From IMG/VR virus record IMGVR_UViG_3300022602_000024, positions 124,001-188,000 of that record: a DNA stretch of 64,000 nt. One strand, written 5' to 3'. Under the pieces are notes generated by a model. That model saw only the letters and a program-made list of their open reading frames with translations. It ran no database searches and was not told the origin of the DNA. The position numbers were made by a program, and so were the translations under genes. Of the stretch, positions 45,056-56,052 are shown one piece after another. Each line of letters starts with the position of its first letter. The stretch's first letter is position 1.

Positions 45056-48000
45056 TTATTGAAATGCCGTTACCTGGGGGAATTTCACGTATTCGTCATT
45101 GGCATTGGGTTCGTAGTACTTGTCTCTATTGGTAAAGAATTTGGTACTGCCATTGTTAAATGTAGTTGCGTGTTTGACAACATTTACAGCAACTTTATAC
45201 AAAGTATACTCAGGTACTGTTTGTCCAATGGTTAATATAGGGTTGTAATACAAAATGGCACCGTTATTGGTTTTGCCATTAATAACCTGCACCCGTTGAT
45301 TTACTTCAATTTGTTTTACAAATTCTAATGTTACTACATCTCCAACCAAGTTGATTTGCCATACACCGCCACGTTGATTTTCTGCATATATAATTTGAAT
45401 ATTTGGTTCTACTGCTGCCGCAAGAGGTGCAGTTTTAAATGTAATATTTTTATTATTGACCTGGTAAGAACTAGGGGATTGTATTGCTCCGTTAATCAAC
45501 ACTGTTGGAGGAGTAAGTGAATTGTTATATTCAACCTCACTCATAACAAATGTAGTAGTTCCTACTATGTTACCGTTTGTGTCAACATACCCGTCGGCAA
45601 CAAAACTGTCTTCGTTGCGATCAGCATGGAATATTTGAATATTTTTAATTGGTGTTGGTTTTGGTGGTGGAACAACAAAAGTAATGATATCTTCAGATAT
45701 GGTATATGCGCTGCTTGACTGTATTAGTCCGTTAACAAATACATTAGGAGTTTTATTCAATACGATTGGTAATCTGAAACTAACAGTATTTCCGTCGCCA
45801 GTTAAAGTAACACCTGCTTGTATATTATCTAAATATCCCGGGATTACGGTATATGAATCATATCCTTCGGAATCATATCCTTCAGTCTGGTAAGTATCAA
45901 TGTTATCGCCAATGAATCCATCATAATAGTTTACCCACCCGTCATACGGTCCAGCATTGATGAAATTTTCTTGTTGAGCAAAAATTAGTGTCTGACCGTT
46001 AGTGAAATTGGTAATACCATCTAATCCACCTGCAGCCTGTATTGTTGAAATGGTATGACCGTTAATACTAGAAAAAGGAACTCGAACTGCATAGTTTACA
46101 ACTGCAGCTATAGTTCCTACATTGGTATAAGGCAGTGCATCAAAAGTTGATTCGGCACCACCTATCCAAGTATTACCAACAAAATACTCACTATAATATT
46201 TGTCAATCTCGTATCTATCTACAGTAAATTCGATGTTGTTAAAATTAATACCAGCACGGTTTAATCTGTATGCAATCAAAGCGCCAGCACCGGGTGTTGC
46301 ATAGGCAAGAACCACTGCTTTAGTATATCCCAATGGCGGACTAAATGTTGATGTAGTAGAGCCAGGCTGGTTGCTGGTCATCCAAGGTGGTAAACTGCTT
46401 TGATCATAATATCCCACGCCATCAACCAATCGTTGAATCATATTTTCTGTGGTGTTAGGATAGATTGTATATATGTCTTGTCCGTCAGCATTGACATATG
46501 GGTTGGTAATCATTCCTTGTAAATCAATTTCAAGTGCCGGACCTTTACCGGAAGAATTTAAGTCCGGATCAATGACTTCAACATAAACAACTTCGTACTT
46601 GACCTTATAACTCTTGTCCAATACAACCGCAGTTTTTATACCGCCAAAATCATATGTTTTTGTCCAGTGGTTGTTGATGATTGATTCTTCGAATACTGTT
46701 AAGTTAGCAGAATCCAGTCCTGGTAAAAATAACATATTCATTTCAGTGTTGACACCAAACCATGGATCCAATGGTTTATAAATTAATTCTGGATCAAAAA
46801 TCTCTGTATTACTGATCACAGAATTAAAGATTTGTCGTTGTGCAGTTGACGGCATTGCTTTGAGATATACATCAACATAAGGATTCTTGTCAATGACATT
46901 TAATTTTATCATAAATGTTTTCATTGCACTAGCAGTGCCATCTGAAGTTTCTGCCAATACTGTAAATTCATATTGTTTGTCAACAGTAGTTGTACCACCA
47001 TCGAACATAGTATCGTAAGTGTCTAAATCAAACGCTTCAAACGCAACACGACCGCTGATATCACCTGAAGGTAATAGTTCTAGTCCTTGTGGTAATCTTG
47101 CTGGTACCCCTGGTGAATCCACAATACTGTAAACCAATGGTTTTCCAATGGGACTCACTGCAACAACACTCAAATCACTGACTGACCCATTGTCGATTGT
47201 TCCCAAGTCAGTTGCAGTGGTCCAGTTGATAATGTTGTTGACATCACCTAGGATTGGCAAACTGAAGAATTTGGGTGTGCTGGAATAAGTTACATTGCTG
47301 TAGGTTATGGTACCGCTGATATTGCTGGCAGTATTTACAGTCTTGCTGACCACTATGGCAAGATTGAATTCCTGTAGTGCCGCAATCTGCGAATTAACAT
47401 GCCCGTACAACCAACCAGTCTGTTCGTCTAACTGTAGACCTGGCAAGCCAATGTTGCTTGATACATTGCCCTGTATATAACTGTCAAACGGAATGTTGTC
47501 AAATCCGATATCATAGACCGGAATGTATGCGTCAAAGGTACCAGCAGTATCCACAATAGAATATTTTAATCCCACATTTCCACTAAAGTCGGTGCCGACA
47601 AATTGATACGCATAATAACTCAACTGGCGACCTTGTGGGAGACTAGTAACGGTATTCAACAACACTGGGGGAGTAACATTCAGTGTGTCAATGGTTAAGA
47701 AAGTATCGTCGGTGGTATCAAGTTGGCTATCAGCAGTAAATCCACTGCGTGCCACAACATTAATAAAATACGTTTGTGTGTCGTAGTTGGCACCATCGAA
47801 TGCCTGTACTGTAAAACTGTAACCAACACTTTGATTCAACTGTGTAAAATCATAAGGACCATAATCATACTCTTGCTGACTCATAGTATTGTAAACTGTG
47901 CCAGTGAGAGTAGTGGGAGTATTTAAGTTTTGTAACGGAGTAACTGTCCATACATTGTTGTTGACCTTGCCCACAATCTGTGTTCCGGGTGCAACTCCGC

Positions 48001-48961
48001 CACCAGACAGCACCATTTGCAAATAAATTGGACCCGATGCAGATCCAATGGTCAAGGTATTTTTTGCTATGATACAGTTTGACAAGGTAACAGTTGCACC
48101 AATGTTGCTGGTATCATTGCCATCATATCCAGCCGGTCCGTAAGGTCCGATCAATTGTACAGGCTGTAAGTATCCGCTAATCAATCCAGTAGTCGGCGAT
48201 AAAGTTACACCCGGGGGCAAGCTGCCGTCTTTTAGTGACCATTGTATGACTGCATTTGGGTTAAGTTCTGCCACAGTTAACTGTTGTGTAAACAAAGATC
48301 CATCAAAAAACGTACCTAAATTTGTTGTAGTAGGTTCAATTACCGCACCATACACGTTGGTTAATGTCAGACTAAATGATTGATCCGTAACATGTCCTGT
48401 ACTGCTAGTAGCACGTACAGTAAATCTATACGTTTGGCTCTGGTCAACTGCAACAGAATCTAAAAATGTTGGCACACCTTGCAAGTAACCTAGAGCGGTG
48501 AGTTCCATACCTGTAGGCAATTCTCCAGATATTAAACTGTAAGTGACTGGCAAATTGTTAATGGTCTGTGCTTGCAGTTGCAATGAATAAAATTGACCAT
48601 TGGGAATGGTTCCTAGATCTCCACTGGGTGTGACCCAAGAAAAATCATTGTTTACAAAATTTGATAGTTCTAAAGTAAAACTTCCGTCTAATATGTATCC
48701 ATTGGCACTGCGTGCTCTTATGATAAATGTATAATCCGTTGCGGTGGCATAGTTAGTAGATGCGCTAGTGATGGGAGTACCCGATATGACTCCGTTGCTA
48801 TTTAATACAAGACCTGATGGTAAAGCTCCATTGATAACAGAGTACGTTACTTCTGCTCCGTTATCAGCAGTATCTAATGCTAATATATCTATAGATACAG
48901 GAACACCGTTTAATAAATTAGCCAGCGAACCTGTGGGAGTTATCCATTGCAATTGTGCCAT
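45056..48961 (-). CDS. Large structural protein with repeated Ig-like (He_PIG-type) domains, probable baseplate component
   Basis: Repeated W.T..G.LG..Y.L..G.LP.G..L...G.I.G.P units. Confidence 0.7.
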   Translation of the reverse strand: MAQLQWITPTGSLANLLNGVPVSIDILALDTADNGAEVTYSVINGALPSGLVLNSNGVISGTPITSASTNYATATDYTFIIRARSANGYILDGSFTLELSNFVNNDFSWVTPSGDLGTIPNGQFYSLQLQAQTINNLPVTYSLISGELPTGMELTALGYLQGVPTFLDSVAVDQSQTYRFTVRATSSTGHVTDQSFSLTLTNVYGAVIEPTTTNLGTFFDGSLFTQQLTVAELNPNAVIQWSLKDGSLPPGVTLSPTTGLISGYLQPVQLIGPYGPAGYDGNDTSNIGATVTLSNCIIAKNTLTIGSASGPIYLQMVLSGGGVAPGTQIVGKVNNNVWTVTPLQNLNTPTTLTGTVYNTMSQQEYDYGPYDFTQLNQSVGYSFTVQAFDGANYDTQTYFINVVARSGFTADSQLDTTDDTFLTIDTLNVTPPVLLNTVTSLPQGRQLSYYAYQFVGTDFSGNVGLKYSIVDTAGTFDAYIPVYDIGFDNIPFDSYIQGNVSSNIGLPGLQLDEQTGWLYGHVNSQIAALQEFNLAIVVSKTVNTASNISGTITYSNVTYSSTPKFFSLPILGDVNNIINWTTATDLGTIDNGSVSDLSVVAVSPIGKPLVYSIVDSPGVPARLPQGLELLPSGDISGRVAFEAFDLDTYDTMFDGGTTTVDKQYEFTVLAETSDGTASAMKTFMIKLNVIDKNPYVDVYLKAMPSTAQRQIFNSVISNTEIFDPELIYKPLDPWFGVNTEMNMLFLPGLDSANLTVFEESIINNHWTKTYDFGGIKTAVVLDKSYKVKYEVVYVEVIDPDLNSSGKGPALEIDLQGMITNPYVNADGQDIYTIYPNTTENMIQRLVDGVGYYDQSSLPPWMTSNQPGSTTSTFSPPLGYTKAVVLAYATPGAGALIAYRLNRAGINFNNIEFTVDRYEIDKYYSEYFVGNTWIGGAESTFDALPYTNVGTIAAVVNYAVRVPFSSINGHTISTIQAAGGLDGITNFTNGQTLIFAQQENFINAGPYDGWVNYYDGFIGDNIDTYQTEGYDSEGYDSYTVIPGYLDNIQAGVTLTGDGNTVSFRLPIVLNKTPNVFVNGLIQSSSAYTISEDIITFVVPPPKPTPIKNIQIFHADRNEDSFVADGYVDTNGNIVGTTTFVMSEVEYNNSLTPPTVLINGAIQSPSSYQVNNKNITFKTAPLAAAVEPNIQIIYAENQRGGVWQINLVGDVVTLEFVKQIEVNQRVQVINGKTNNGAILYYNPILTIGQTVPEYTLYKVAVNVVKHATTFNNGSTKFFTNRDKYYEPNANDEYVKFPQVTAFQ

Positions 48962-48962
48962 T

Positions 48963-51329
48963 TTATAGTATTACCGCTTCAATGATTTTTTCGCCTGGTT
49001 CCAAATTGGTAGTGAGTGATTTGGCAAAAACTGCTTGCCCCAACAACACAGTGCCTACACTGGCAGCATACCCAGGAGTGTTGGAAGTTACCAAACTGTC
49101 GCCTTTGGTAACAGGGCCAATCAATTTAACAGGAACTCGTCCACGTAGTGCAACTGGCAATCCTGTCACTGCATCATTCATCAAGTATGCGGGATTGGTT
49201 GATATGGCTCCAGCGACTCTTGTATCGCAGTGAAGATTTGTTGTGGTGATTTCAGCATCGCCGCCAAAGATAACAACTGTACCAGGTTCGTAGTCTGCGT
49301 CAGCAACATATATCTCTGCCAAGTCGGCGTATTGTGCGTGAATAGCAGTACCATAAATGTTGTTCCACCAAGCAGTAGTACTACCAATATTGTAAGTCAG
49401 GTTAGCACTAGGAGTAATGTTACCCGTAACAGATTCGTTGTAAACTGTTGTAGTAGTACCTTGCACAGTCAAGTTGCCACTGACTAATATGCTACCAGCA
49501 GTGACATTACCGGAATAAACACCTGTGGTACCAATTACATTACCGTAGTGTGTGGTTGCAATCACATTGCCAGCAGTGACATTACCGGAATAAACACCTG
49601 TGGTTGCGATCACATTACCATAGTATGTTGTTGCAATCACATTGCCAGCAGTTACATTTGCAAATGTAGGACTTGCAGTGGTTCTAATGTCTTGTGGAGT
49701 GCTAATGTTGGCATAACTAGAACCCACTGCAATAGTAACACCATTGGTACTGGCAAAAGTCAAGTTACCACCTGTTGACAGTGTTCCTGATCCTGAGGTG
49801 CCTACTAAAGTTATATTTGAGTTGGGTACTGTAAAGGTTACATTTGCAGCTGTTATTATTCGACCAAATGCGTCTGTGGTAATAACAGGAATATTGCCAT
49901 TTCCGCCCACTGTTACAGCGCCAGGTCCCACCGGGGTCAAGTTAATAGCATTGGCCGAAATGGTCAGGTTACCTGCACCAGAACTAACAGAAACAACACG
50001 ATTGCCGTAGTCATATACACCTGTTCCGTTGACTGTTCCGTTGACAGTACCGTATAATGTTCCGTAACTATTTCCGATCACGTTACCAGCAGTTAAGTTT
50101 CCGGATACGCTAGCAGATGGTGCAGATACTGTGGCAGTTATATTCAATGTGCCGATTGTAGAGTAGCTGGCTCCTACATTGTTGGCTTGTAATATACCTG
50201 TACTGATAGTACCAGTACCAGTTACAGTTAGCCCTGTTAAGGTTCCTAAGCTAGTAATATATGGTTGTGCTGCAGTTTGTACTTGGCCATAATATGGACC
50301 TACAATACCCAGTGCAGAAACGTTACCACCTACGCCGACGCCACCTGTAACAACCAACGCACCTGTTGCAGTTGACGTTGACGGAGTAGGAATGCCAATA
50401 GCAACATTTTGTGTAAAATATCCACCAGAAACTGCATTATACAGTATACCAACGCCAGGTGAATTTGGAGTAATAACTGGATAGCCTCCAGAATATACAG
50501 TCCCAGCAGCTACAATGTTTCCTGCGGTAGTTAGGTTACCACTTCCACTGACAGAGATATTCCCACCAACATTTAAATTGCCGCCTACGCCTGCACCGCC
50601 TGCTACAATCAACGCACCAGAAGAAGTAGAAGTTGAAACAGTTGAGTTACTTAAGAATTGACTTCCAAAATGTGTATTCCCGTAAACACCACCAACAACA
50701 ATATTATTTCCTAAAGTTGCATTAGTTGGGGTTATTATGTAAGCAAAGTCATTGGTTGTGTATTGATGCCCAAAGAATGCATAGGTATTTGAACCATAAT
50801 TGTTATACACATTACCAAAAATACCAGTATCTTGATAGTCAGTTGCAGGGTCGTTTGCATGAATTAAGAATAAACCAGCACTGCTGGTATTGTTTACAAC
50901 ATTATTAATACTTTGAAAACTTGCATAGATATTGCCAATGGGGTTTGTTGGAGTACCAATGTTAAGTCCCGACCCAATTGGTAACAAATTTCCTGATACA
51001 TTGATATTACCATAAAAGAAAGACTTCCCACCGGCATAAACGCCAACATTTGCAATTATATTGTTGGCAGTAACATTGCCGGTTATGTTGGCATTAGTGG
51101 CGGTTATGCTAGGAGAATAAAGATTTGTGATATTTGCTGAGCCGGCATTTAGTTGCAGTTCAACGTTGGCATTTAACCAGTCTTGGCTTACACTCGACAA
51201 TTGTGCCGAAATATTAGCAAAATTGTTATCAACCTTATTAAAAGCGTCAAATAGCGTATCGCCAGTCCCACTGTTGGGAGTTGATGTGTTGATATTTACG
51301 ACCGAAGTCGAGCCATTCCAGAATGCCAT
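48963..51329 (-). CDS. Tail fibre-like protein with C-terminal intramolecular-chaperone-like domain
   Basis: GxxVGG/GNV repeats; YADLAEIY..YEPGTVV..ALRGRVPVK. Confidence 0.7.
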   Translation of the reverse strand: MAFWNGSTSVVNINTSTPNSGTGDTLFDAFNKVDNNFANISAQLSSVSQDWLNANVELQLNAGSANITNLYSPSITATNANITGNVTANNIIANVGVYAGGKSFFYGNINVSGNLLPIGSGLNIGTPTNPIGNIYASFQSINNVVNNTSSAGLFLIHANDPATDYQDTGIFGNVYNNYGSNTYAFFGHQYTTNDFAYIITPTNATLGNNIVVGGVYGNTHFGSQFLSNSTVSTSTSSGALIVAGGAGVGGNLNVGGNISVSGSGNLTTAGNIVAAGTVYSGGYPVITPNSPGVGILYNAVSGGYFTQNVAIGIPTPSTSTATGALVVTGGVGVGGNVSALGIVGPYYGQVQTAAQPYITSLGTLTGLTVTGTGTISTGILQANNVGASYSTIGTLNITATVSAPSASVSGNLTAGNVIGNSYGTLYGTVNGTVNGTGVYDYGNRVVSVSSGAGNLTISANAINLTPVGPGAVTVGGNGNIPVITTDAFGRIITAANVTFTVPNSNITLVGTSGSGTLSTGGNLTFASTNGVTIAVGSSYANISTPQDIRTTASPTFANVTAGNVIATTYYGNVIATTGVYSGNVTAGNVIATTHYGNVIGTTGVYSGNVTAGSILVSGNLTVQGTTTTVYNESVTGNITPSANLTYNIGSTTAWWNNIYGTAIHAQYADLAEIYVADADYEPGTVVIFGGDAEITTTNLHCDTRVAGAISTNPAYLMNDAVTGLPVALRGRVPVKLIGPVTKGDSLVTSNTPGYAASVGTVLLGQAVFAKSLTTNLEPGEKIIEAVIL
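49495..49658 (-). repeat. 75-bp (25-aa) tandem repeat in fibre gene, about 2.2 copies
   Basis: ccagcagt(g/t)acatt at 49495, 49570, 49645. Confidence 0.85.
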
Positions 51330-51403
51330 ATGTCAAATCCTTGTATATGCTTATTTAGCGGATTTGAACAAAGCGGGTATTTGACCCTGAATTAAGTAGG
51401 TAG

Positions 51404-51730
51404 TTATCCGGGACTAAAACTACTGCCGCAACCACAGGTAGTTTGGGCATTGGGATTGTTGATGCTAAAACTTGCACCCATCAAGTCATCTTTGAAATCG
51501 ATAGTGGCACCTTGCAAATATTGGCTACTCATTGAATCTACCAATACTTTGACCCCATCAAAGTCTAAATCAAAGTCGTCTTCGTTGACTTCTTCGTCAA
51601 AGGTAAATCCGTATTGCATACCTGAACAACCACCACCTTGTACAAAAACACGCAGTTTAAGGGCAGGATTATTTTCTTCGGCAAAAATTTCTTGTATTTT
51701 TGCAGTTGCGTTTTCTGTTAATGTAATCAT
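51404..51730 (-). CDS. erpA: A-type Fe-S carrier (ErpA/IscA/HesB)
   Basis: GGGCSG and CGCGSSF motifs. Confidence 0.9.
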   Translation of the reverse strand: MITLTENATAKIQEIFAEENNPALKLRVFVQGGGCSGMQYGFTFDEEVNEDDFDLDFDGVKVLVDSMSSQYLQGATIDFKDDLMGASFSINNPNAQTTCGCGSSFSPG

Positions 51731-52272
51731 AATTTTTTATTAATAGCGTCCCAGTCCATGATACGCCAGATGTTGTCTAAGTATTTTTCTTTGTCAGCAT
51801 GGTAGTCTAAACTCCACGAGTGCTCCCACCAATCCACTAACAAGGCAATATCAGTGCGTTTAGCATGATTTCGTATTGTCTTGATTGTGCCGCTTTTGCT
51901 GAGATAAATCCAATTACTGCCCTGCAGTTTCATGGCTTCTTCTTTGAATGCTTTCTTAAAATCTGTAAAACTCTTGTGATTACGATTGATCAAGTCCAGG
52001 ATTCTACCATGTGGTTGACGAGTGCCAGGCGACTTAAACTGTGCAAAGTAGATACTGTGTAAGTAAGCACCCGCTTCATTAAATGTAGCATCGCCTTCAC
52101 CTTTGTTAAACTTTTCAACGTAGGTTTTGTACAAGTGCCCGTAATGATAATCGATAGTGGCTGAACTCATGACAGGGCTTAATCCGCCTTTGGCATATGG
52201 CAGTTTGATCTGTTCTAATTCTACCCGATTTTTTGCTTCCAGTAGATCCAGTGTTTGTCTGATATCGTTCAT
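51727..52272 (-). CDS. sod: Fe/Mn superoxide dismutase with leader [12 protein letters not shown]
   Basis: [22 protein letters not shown] ligands. Confidence 0.85.
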   Translation of the reverse strand: MNDIRQTLDLLEAKNRVELEQIKLPYAKGGLSPVMSSATIDYHYGHLYKTYVEKFNKGEGDATFNEAGAYLHSIYFAQFKSPGTRQPHGRILDLINRNHKSFTDFKKAFKEEAMKLQGSNWIYLSKSGTIKTIRNHAKRTDIALLVDWWEHSWSLDYHADKEKYLDNIWRIMDWDAINKKL

Positions 52273-52276
52273 ACTG

Positions 52277-52495
52277 TTATTTAGTACGATACACTACACG
52301 CCCACGATTCATGTCGTATGGGCTCATTTCTACTTCTACGTTATCGCCTAATAATATGCGTATATTATTTTGCCTGAGCTTACCACCAATGGTTGCCATT
52401 ATCCTGTGATCATTTTCCAACACAATTCTAAACATTGCATTGGGCAGGACTTCTTCAACGCGGCCTGCCATTCGTATTAAATCTTCTTTACTCAA
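52277..52495 (-). CDS. infA: Translation initiation factor IF-1
   Basis: [31 protein letters not shown]. Confidence 0.95.
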   Translation of the reverse strand: MSKEDLIRMAGRVEEVLPNAMFRIVLENDHRIMATIGGKLRQNNIRILLGDNVEVEMSPYDMNRGRVVYRTK

Positions 52496-52501
52496 TGGTT
52501 T

Positions 52502-52900
52502 TTATCTCCTCATACTACTTATCTCAACAGCTTGTTCGTCTGTGAATACTGGAACGGCATTTGACTTGTGCATGGTAGCAATGCCTTTGACCTTGGTACC
52601 TGTGTAAACTTTTGCTGGTGCTAGGGTAGCAACACCTGCACCAGAATTGAGGCTGGGAATATGATTGGTAGTTGTACGGCCTACAGGAGTAGATAATTTA
52701 TACGTCAATGGTTCGGCTTTAAGGGCACGGTTGCGTTTTCGAGTTTCAGCTTCTACTTCTACACCTTGACGTTTAAGTAGGTCTTGCCATTCTTGTGCTA
52801 AACGCTCATGCTCACGTTTTGCTTCGGCACTTTTGAACTTGATTTTGCCACGTTTTTTGCCAGTGGTTGATAGCCAAGGACCTTCAAGATGCATAGTCAT
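52502..52900 (-). CDS. Phage hypothetical protein
   Basis: YTGTKVKGIATMHKSNAVPV motif. Confidence 0.65.
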   Translation of the reverse strand: MTMHLEGPWLSTTGKKRGKIKFKSAEAKREHERLAQEWQDLLKRQGVEVEAETRKRNRALKAEPLTYKLSTPVGRTTTNHIPSLNSGAGVATLAPAKVYTGTKVKGIATMHKSNAVPVFTDEQAVEISSMRR

Positions 52901-52923
52901 AGTAATACTCCTGATAAAAACAT

Positions 52924-52952
52924 ATTATAACACAGGTTGATTTAATGGTCAA
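52924..52952 (-). promoter_or_regulatory. Sigma70-type promoter TTGACC-17-TATAAT
   Basis: Exact spacing; extended -10 TG. Confidence 0.8.
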
Positions 52953-53314
52953 ATCTTGATTTTTTGCAAATTTGCCACACTCATGTCTACCATTTCAAAT
53001 TCAGGACCCACCATTAGATACTTGTCGTCCAGCACAAAAATATGGTCTTTGAAGCGATCTTTTAGTACTGCAACAATTTCTTCTGTGTTTTTGCCTTGTG
53101 CAATAAACTGATCATCATCTTTGTCAAACCAATAGATCATATCGCCGTGGTGTTCAATTTTGACCTGGTGTATCATTTCGTTTAATACTTTATGCACTTC
53201 CCGTTCAATCTCTCGACGATGCGAAGCGTACCCTTCAAAATAGCCTTCTACAATGTTGACCAGCAACCAAGTGCACGCAAACCAAATCAAAAATGTTCCC
53301 AAATCTTCAAACAT
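52949..53314 (-). CDS. Hypothetical protein with N-terminal TM
   Basis: ORF track. Confidence 0.55.
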   Translation of the reverse strand: MFEDLGTFLIWFACTWLLVNIVEGYFEGYASHRREIEREVHKVLNEMIHQVKIEHHGDMIYWFDKDDDQFIAQGKNTEEIVAVLKDRFKDHIFVLDDKYLMVGPEFEMVDMSVANLQKIKI

Positions 53315-53317
53315 AGT

Positions 53318-53989
53318 TTAATCCCATAAGTTTTGATAATATTTTCCAAACAACACAAAGCCGTTTTGGATACGCTTTTCTACTTTTTTCATGCCCTCAT
53401 AATCACACCGGTAAGTATGATTGGGTCCATTTACTAGTTTAAACATTTTGGGTTTACCATTTTCATACCACTCGCAGGCCACACTTCGATGGTCGGCCAC
53501 TCCTGAACTAAATGCATCTTGCCACGAGTCATCTACTTTACATTCAAATGCAAAGATCATTTCGTCCAAGACCCAATCCCAACGCTTGAAGTGGTTGCCA
53601 TCAATATCCCACTCATTCTCTCTAGGTGGGGCACTTGTACTACGCAATTCTTTGGGTACGTCCCGGTCATCTACATTGGGAGCACCGTGTTTGCTGGCTT
53701 TCAATTGTCTCAACATAGGCAGTATGATATCAGCCAATGTATGATCCATGCTCCAAGTATCATAAGGGTCAATCTGTACGTAATTGATTCGAGGATGTAC
53801 AAAGTCTAAGAATGCCTGCCAAGCAACGCAAAAGGGTTCTAAACGGTTAACCCACCGGGTATATCGGTGGTTGGGGCGATCTTCAATATTGTAAAATACA
53901 CTGTCATCCCGTTCCCAAAAGCAAACCGCTTTTAGGATATCATATGGGCTGACCCAGTGATTGCGATATTTTGATTTGTAAATTTTCAT
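53318..53989 (-). CDS. Phage hypothetical protein
   Basis: DTWSMDHTLA..WDWVLDEMIFAF..GKYYQNLWD. Confidence 0.65.
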   Translation of the reverse strand: MKIYKSKYRNHWVSPYDILKAVCFWERDDSVFYNIEDRPNHRYTRWVNRLEPFCVAWQAFLDFVHPRINYVQIDPYDTWSMDHTLADIILPMLRQLKASKHGAPNVDDRDVPKELRSTSAPPRENEWDIDGNHFKRWDWVLDEMIFAFECKVDDSWQDAFSSGVADHRSVACEWYENGKPKMFKLVNGPNHTYRCDYEGMKKVEKRIQNGFVLFGKYYQNLWD

Positions 53990-54267
53990 TTATCGTCCTT
54001 GAGTATGTTCCATGCGGCTTCTTGTTGTTCTCGATATTCTTTGTACTTATCTTTAACTAGGCTTATGGTCAGTTTAGTCCAAACATAAGTAAATCCCACA
54101 ATGGCTATTGCACCACAGACAGTTTTGTATGCGCTGTCAGGAACTGAATCCGAAGTAGACTGCAGCGCACAAAATACCCACATTACAATCAAGGCCGGGT
54201 CACGCATGCTTTTGATAAAAAACCAAATAAAACCTAATTCTAACATAAGATCTCCTGCAAAATACAA
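53986..54267 (-). CDS. Membrane hypothetical protein
   Basis: Hydrophobic segments; true start may be MLELG, since a promoter -10 lies at 54267-72. Confidence 0.5.
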   Translation of the reverse strand: MYFAGDLMLELGFIWFFIKSMRDPALIVMWVFCALQSTSDSVPDSAYKTVCGAIAIVGFTYVWTKLTISLVKDKYKEYREQQEAAWNILKDDK

Positions 54268-54284
54268 TTATAGCACACCGTGGA

Positions 54285-54539
54285 CTATCCTACAACTGGA
54301 GTGTTGTATTTTAGCAAAAAATAAGTGGCGTCTTCATCACTCAAGTTGGCAGTGATATGCACACGATATCCGTAGCCCATATGGTCAAATCCAATGGTCC
54401 ATGAGGGTTCGGGACGACTATGAGCCATAACCCATTGTCCCATTTTGGTTTGTTGCCATTGGTAAATTGGCTCAGCGGCATAGATTTCAGGATCTTCCGA
54501 GTCACTCATTCTAAAACTGTGTACTGTAATTCTTTTCAT
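54285..54539 (-). CDS. Small protein, F-L-x-W/Y C-terminal family
   Basis: DATYFLLKY. Confidence 0.55.
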   Translation of the reverse strand: MKRITVHSFRMSDSEDPEIYAAEPIYQWQQTKMGQWVMAHSRPEPSWTIGFDHMGYGYRVHITANLSDEDATYFLLKYNTPVVG

Positions 54540-54802
54540 CGTGAATACTTTAATAAAAATACCATATATTTCTGTTCATCCACGATATCTACTTCTCGAC
54601 TTATATTTCCAATATAATCCGCATCAGAGAATTTCAACCGTATGCCGTAGGTATCTCGGAAAAATGCAAACATTCCCGCATTGGTTTCGCAGGCCGCAGC
54701 ACCTTCGGTTTTTCGGCATTGACTCATCATAGACCAAAATCGGTAATCGCCTAACACAGTATTTAGGCGTTGGTCGTGGTCTTTGTACAGGTCATTCGTC
54801 AT
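54536..54802 (-). CDS. Small protein, F-L-x-W/Y C-terminal family
   Basis: KYMVFLLKYS. Confidence 0.55.
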   Translation of the reverse strand: MTNDLYKDHDQRLNTVLGDYRFWSMMSQCRKTEGAAACETNAGMFAFFRDTYGIRLKFSDADYIGNISREVDIVDEQKYMVFLLKYSR

Positions 54803-54895
54803 TGACTATGTGATATTGACTGTAAGGGTAAGTATCCTGCAACCACTCCAGTAGGCCAGGCTCATTGGGCAGGCGAATATCACCTGTACGATTTG

Positions 54896-55144
54896 TTATG
54901 TACATTTTCTCAATCCTGTAATATCTGAGTAAGCAACACGGACAACGTTGTATACAACATCATCCAACTTGAAGGGCAAGTCCAAACTTACCGTGACTTT
55001 GGGCCCTTCAGACAAGTTTCTAATATTATCTGCACCCACGGTGCCCACAAACGGCACACCTTGATATGTGCCTTCCACTCTATCGCCGAATTGATAGCGT
55101 GGTTTGGGAATGGTTTCGTTAAAAAAGTCAGTTAGATTGCCCAT
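54896..55144 (-). CDS. Small SH3-like hypothetical protein
   Basis: YQFGDRVEG..FVGTV. Confidence 0.5.
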   Translation of the reverse strand: MGNLTDFFNETIPKPRYQFGDRVEGTYQGVPFVGTVGADNIRNLSEGPKVTVSLDLPFKLDDVVYNVVRVAYSDITGLRKCT

Positions 55145-55155
55145 ATGTTTGTATA

Positions 55156-55770
55156 TTATTTTAATGTAATAGGACCAACTTGTTTTAAAAAATCTGCAAC
55201 ATCATCATAATGGTTAAAAAACTTAAATTGCAGTATTTCTCTATGTCCCTTGGACCATATTTCGTGTGGATGCGATGTGTTAAGTAACCATGCATGATTT
55301 AATGTTGATGGGTATGACTCATAATATGAATCTTCATTGGAATCGTATACAATAGTTTTTGCTAGTTGGTCTTCAGACGACACAATATAATTGATTTTGC
55401 ATTGAGGTAAACTATATTCCTCTGAAATTTTAGCATCAACATGCCGAGTAACATCAGCAATGGTATCACTCCATATAACCATACCAAAATTTAGTGGTTT
55501 AAATATTTCAACCACTTGTTTATGCCATGGTAATAATCTATTAAGTATAGGACCGCTCAATGAGCCCCAATTTGGACTTAGACGTTGACTTAGCATTAGT
55601 GATCCATGCCGGTCTAAATTATATTGTGTGCCGCCCCATTCGTCAACTTCTATCAAATCGTGGTCCAACTTACCAAGTTTTTGTTTATCAAACACAGTAC
55701 GATATAATGCCCTGATACTATCCCAATTTTGTTCTATTGTTATATTCACCGGACAACATAGTTTATTCAT
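55156..55770 (-). CDS. Possible 2OG-Fe(II)/DSBH-fold protein
   Basis: RHVD..CKINY..AWLLNTSHPH..REILQF. Confidence 0.45.
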   Translation of the reverse strand: MNKLCCPVNITIEQNWDSIRALYRTVFDKQKLGKLDHDLIEVDEWGGTQYNLDRHGSLMLSQRLSPNWGSLSGPILNRLLPWHKQVVEIFKPLNFGMVIWSDTIADVTRHVDAKISEEYSLPQCKINYIVSSEDQLAKTIVYDSNEDSYYESYPSTLNHAWLLNTSHPHEIWSKGHREILQFKFFNHYDDVADFLKQVGPITLK

Positions 55771-56052
55771 ACGTCATTCTTTCTAAGCAACATAAAGATC
55801 TTAGCAGCAGCCCAACAGAGTGCCACAAACCCAATGGTTGCACAAACCGTACGTACTACTTCTTCGGTCAGTGTGATTGTGATATGTAAATCAGGTGTTA
55901 TCATTTTTGTCTTCCTTTATGTGTTGTTTAAAATACTGTACCCATTCGTATAAAATACGATTCTGTTCTTCCAGTTGCTCTACTCGCTTGGTCAATGCAA
56001 TTATACGCTCTTCCTGCGACATGTCAACCAGGAATTCTAATACACTCATCAT

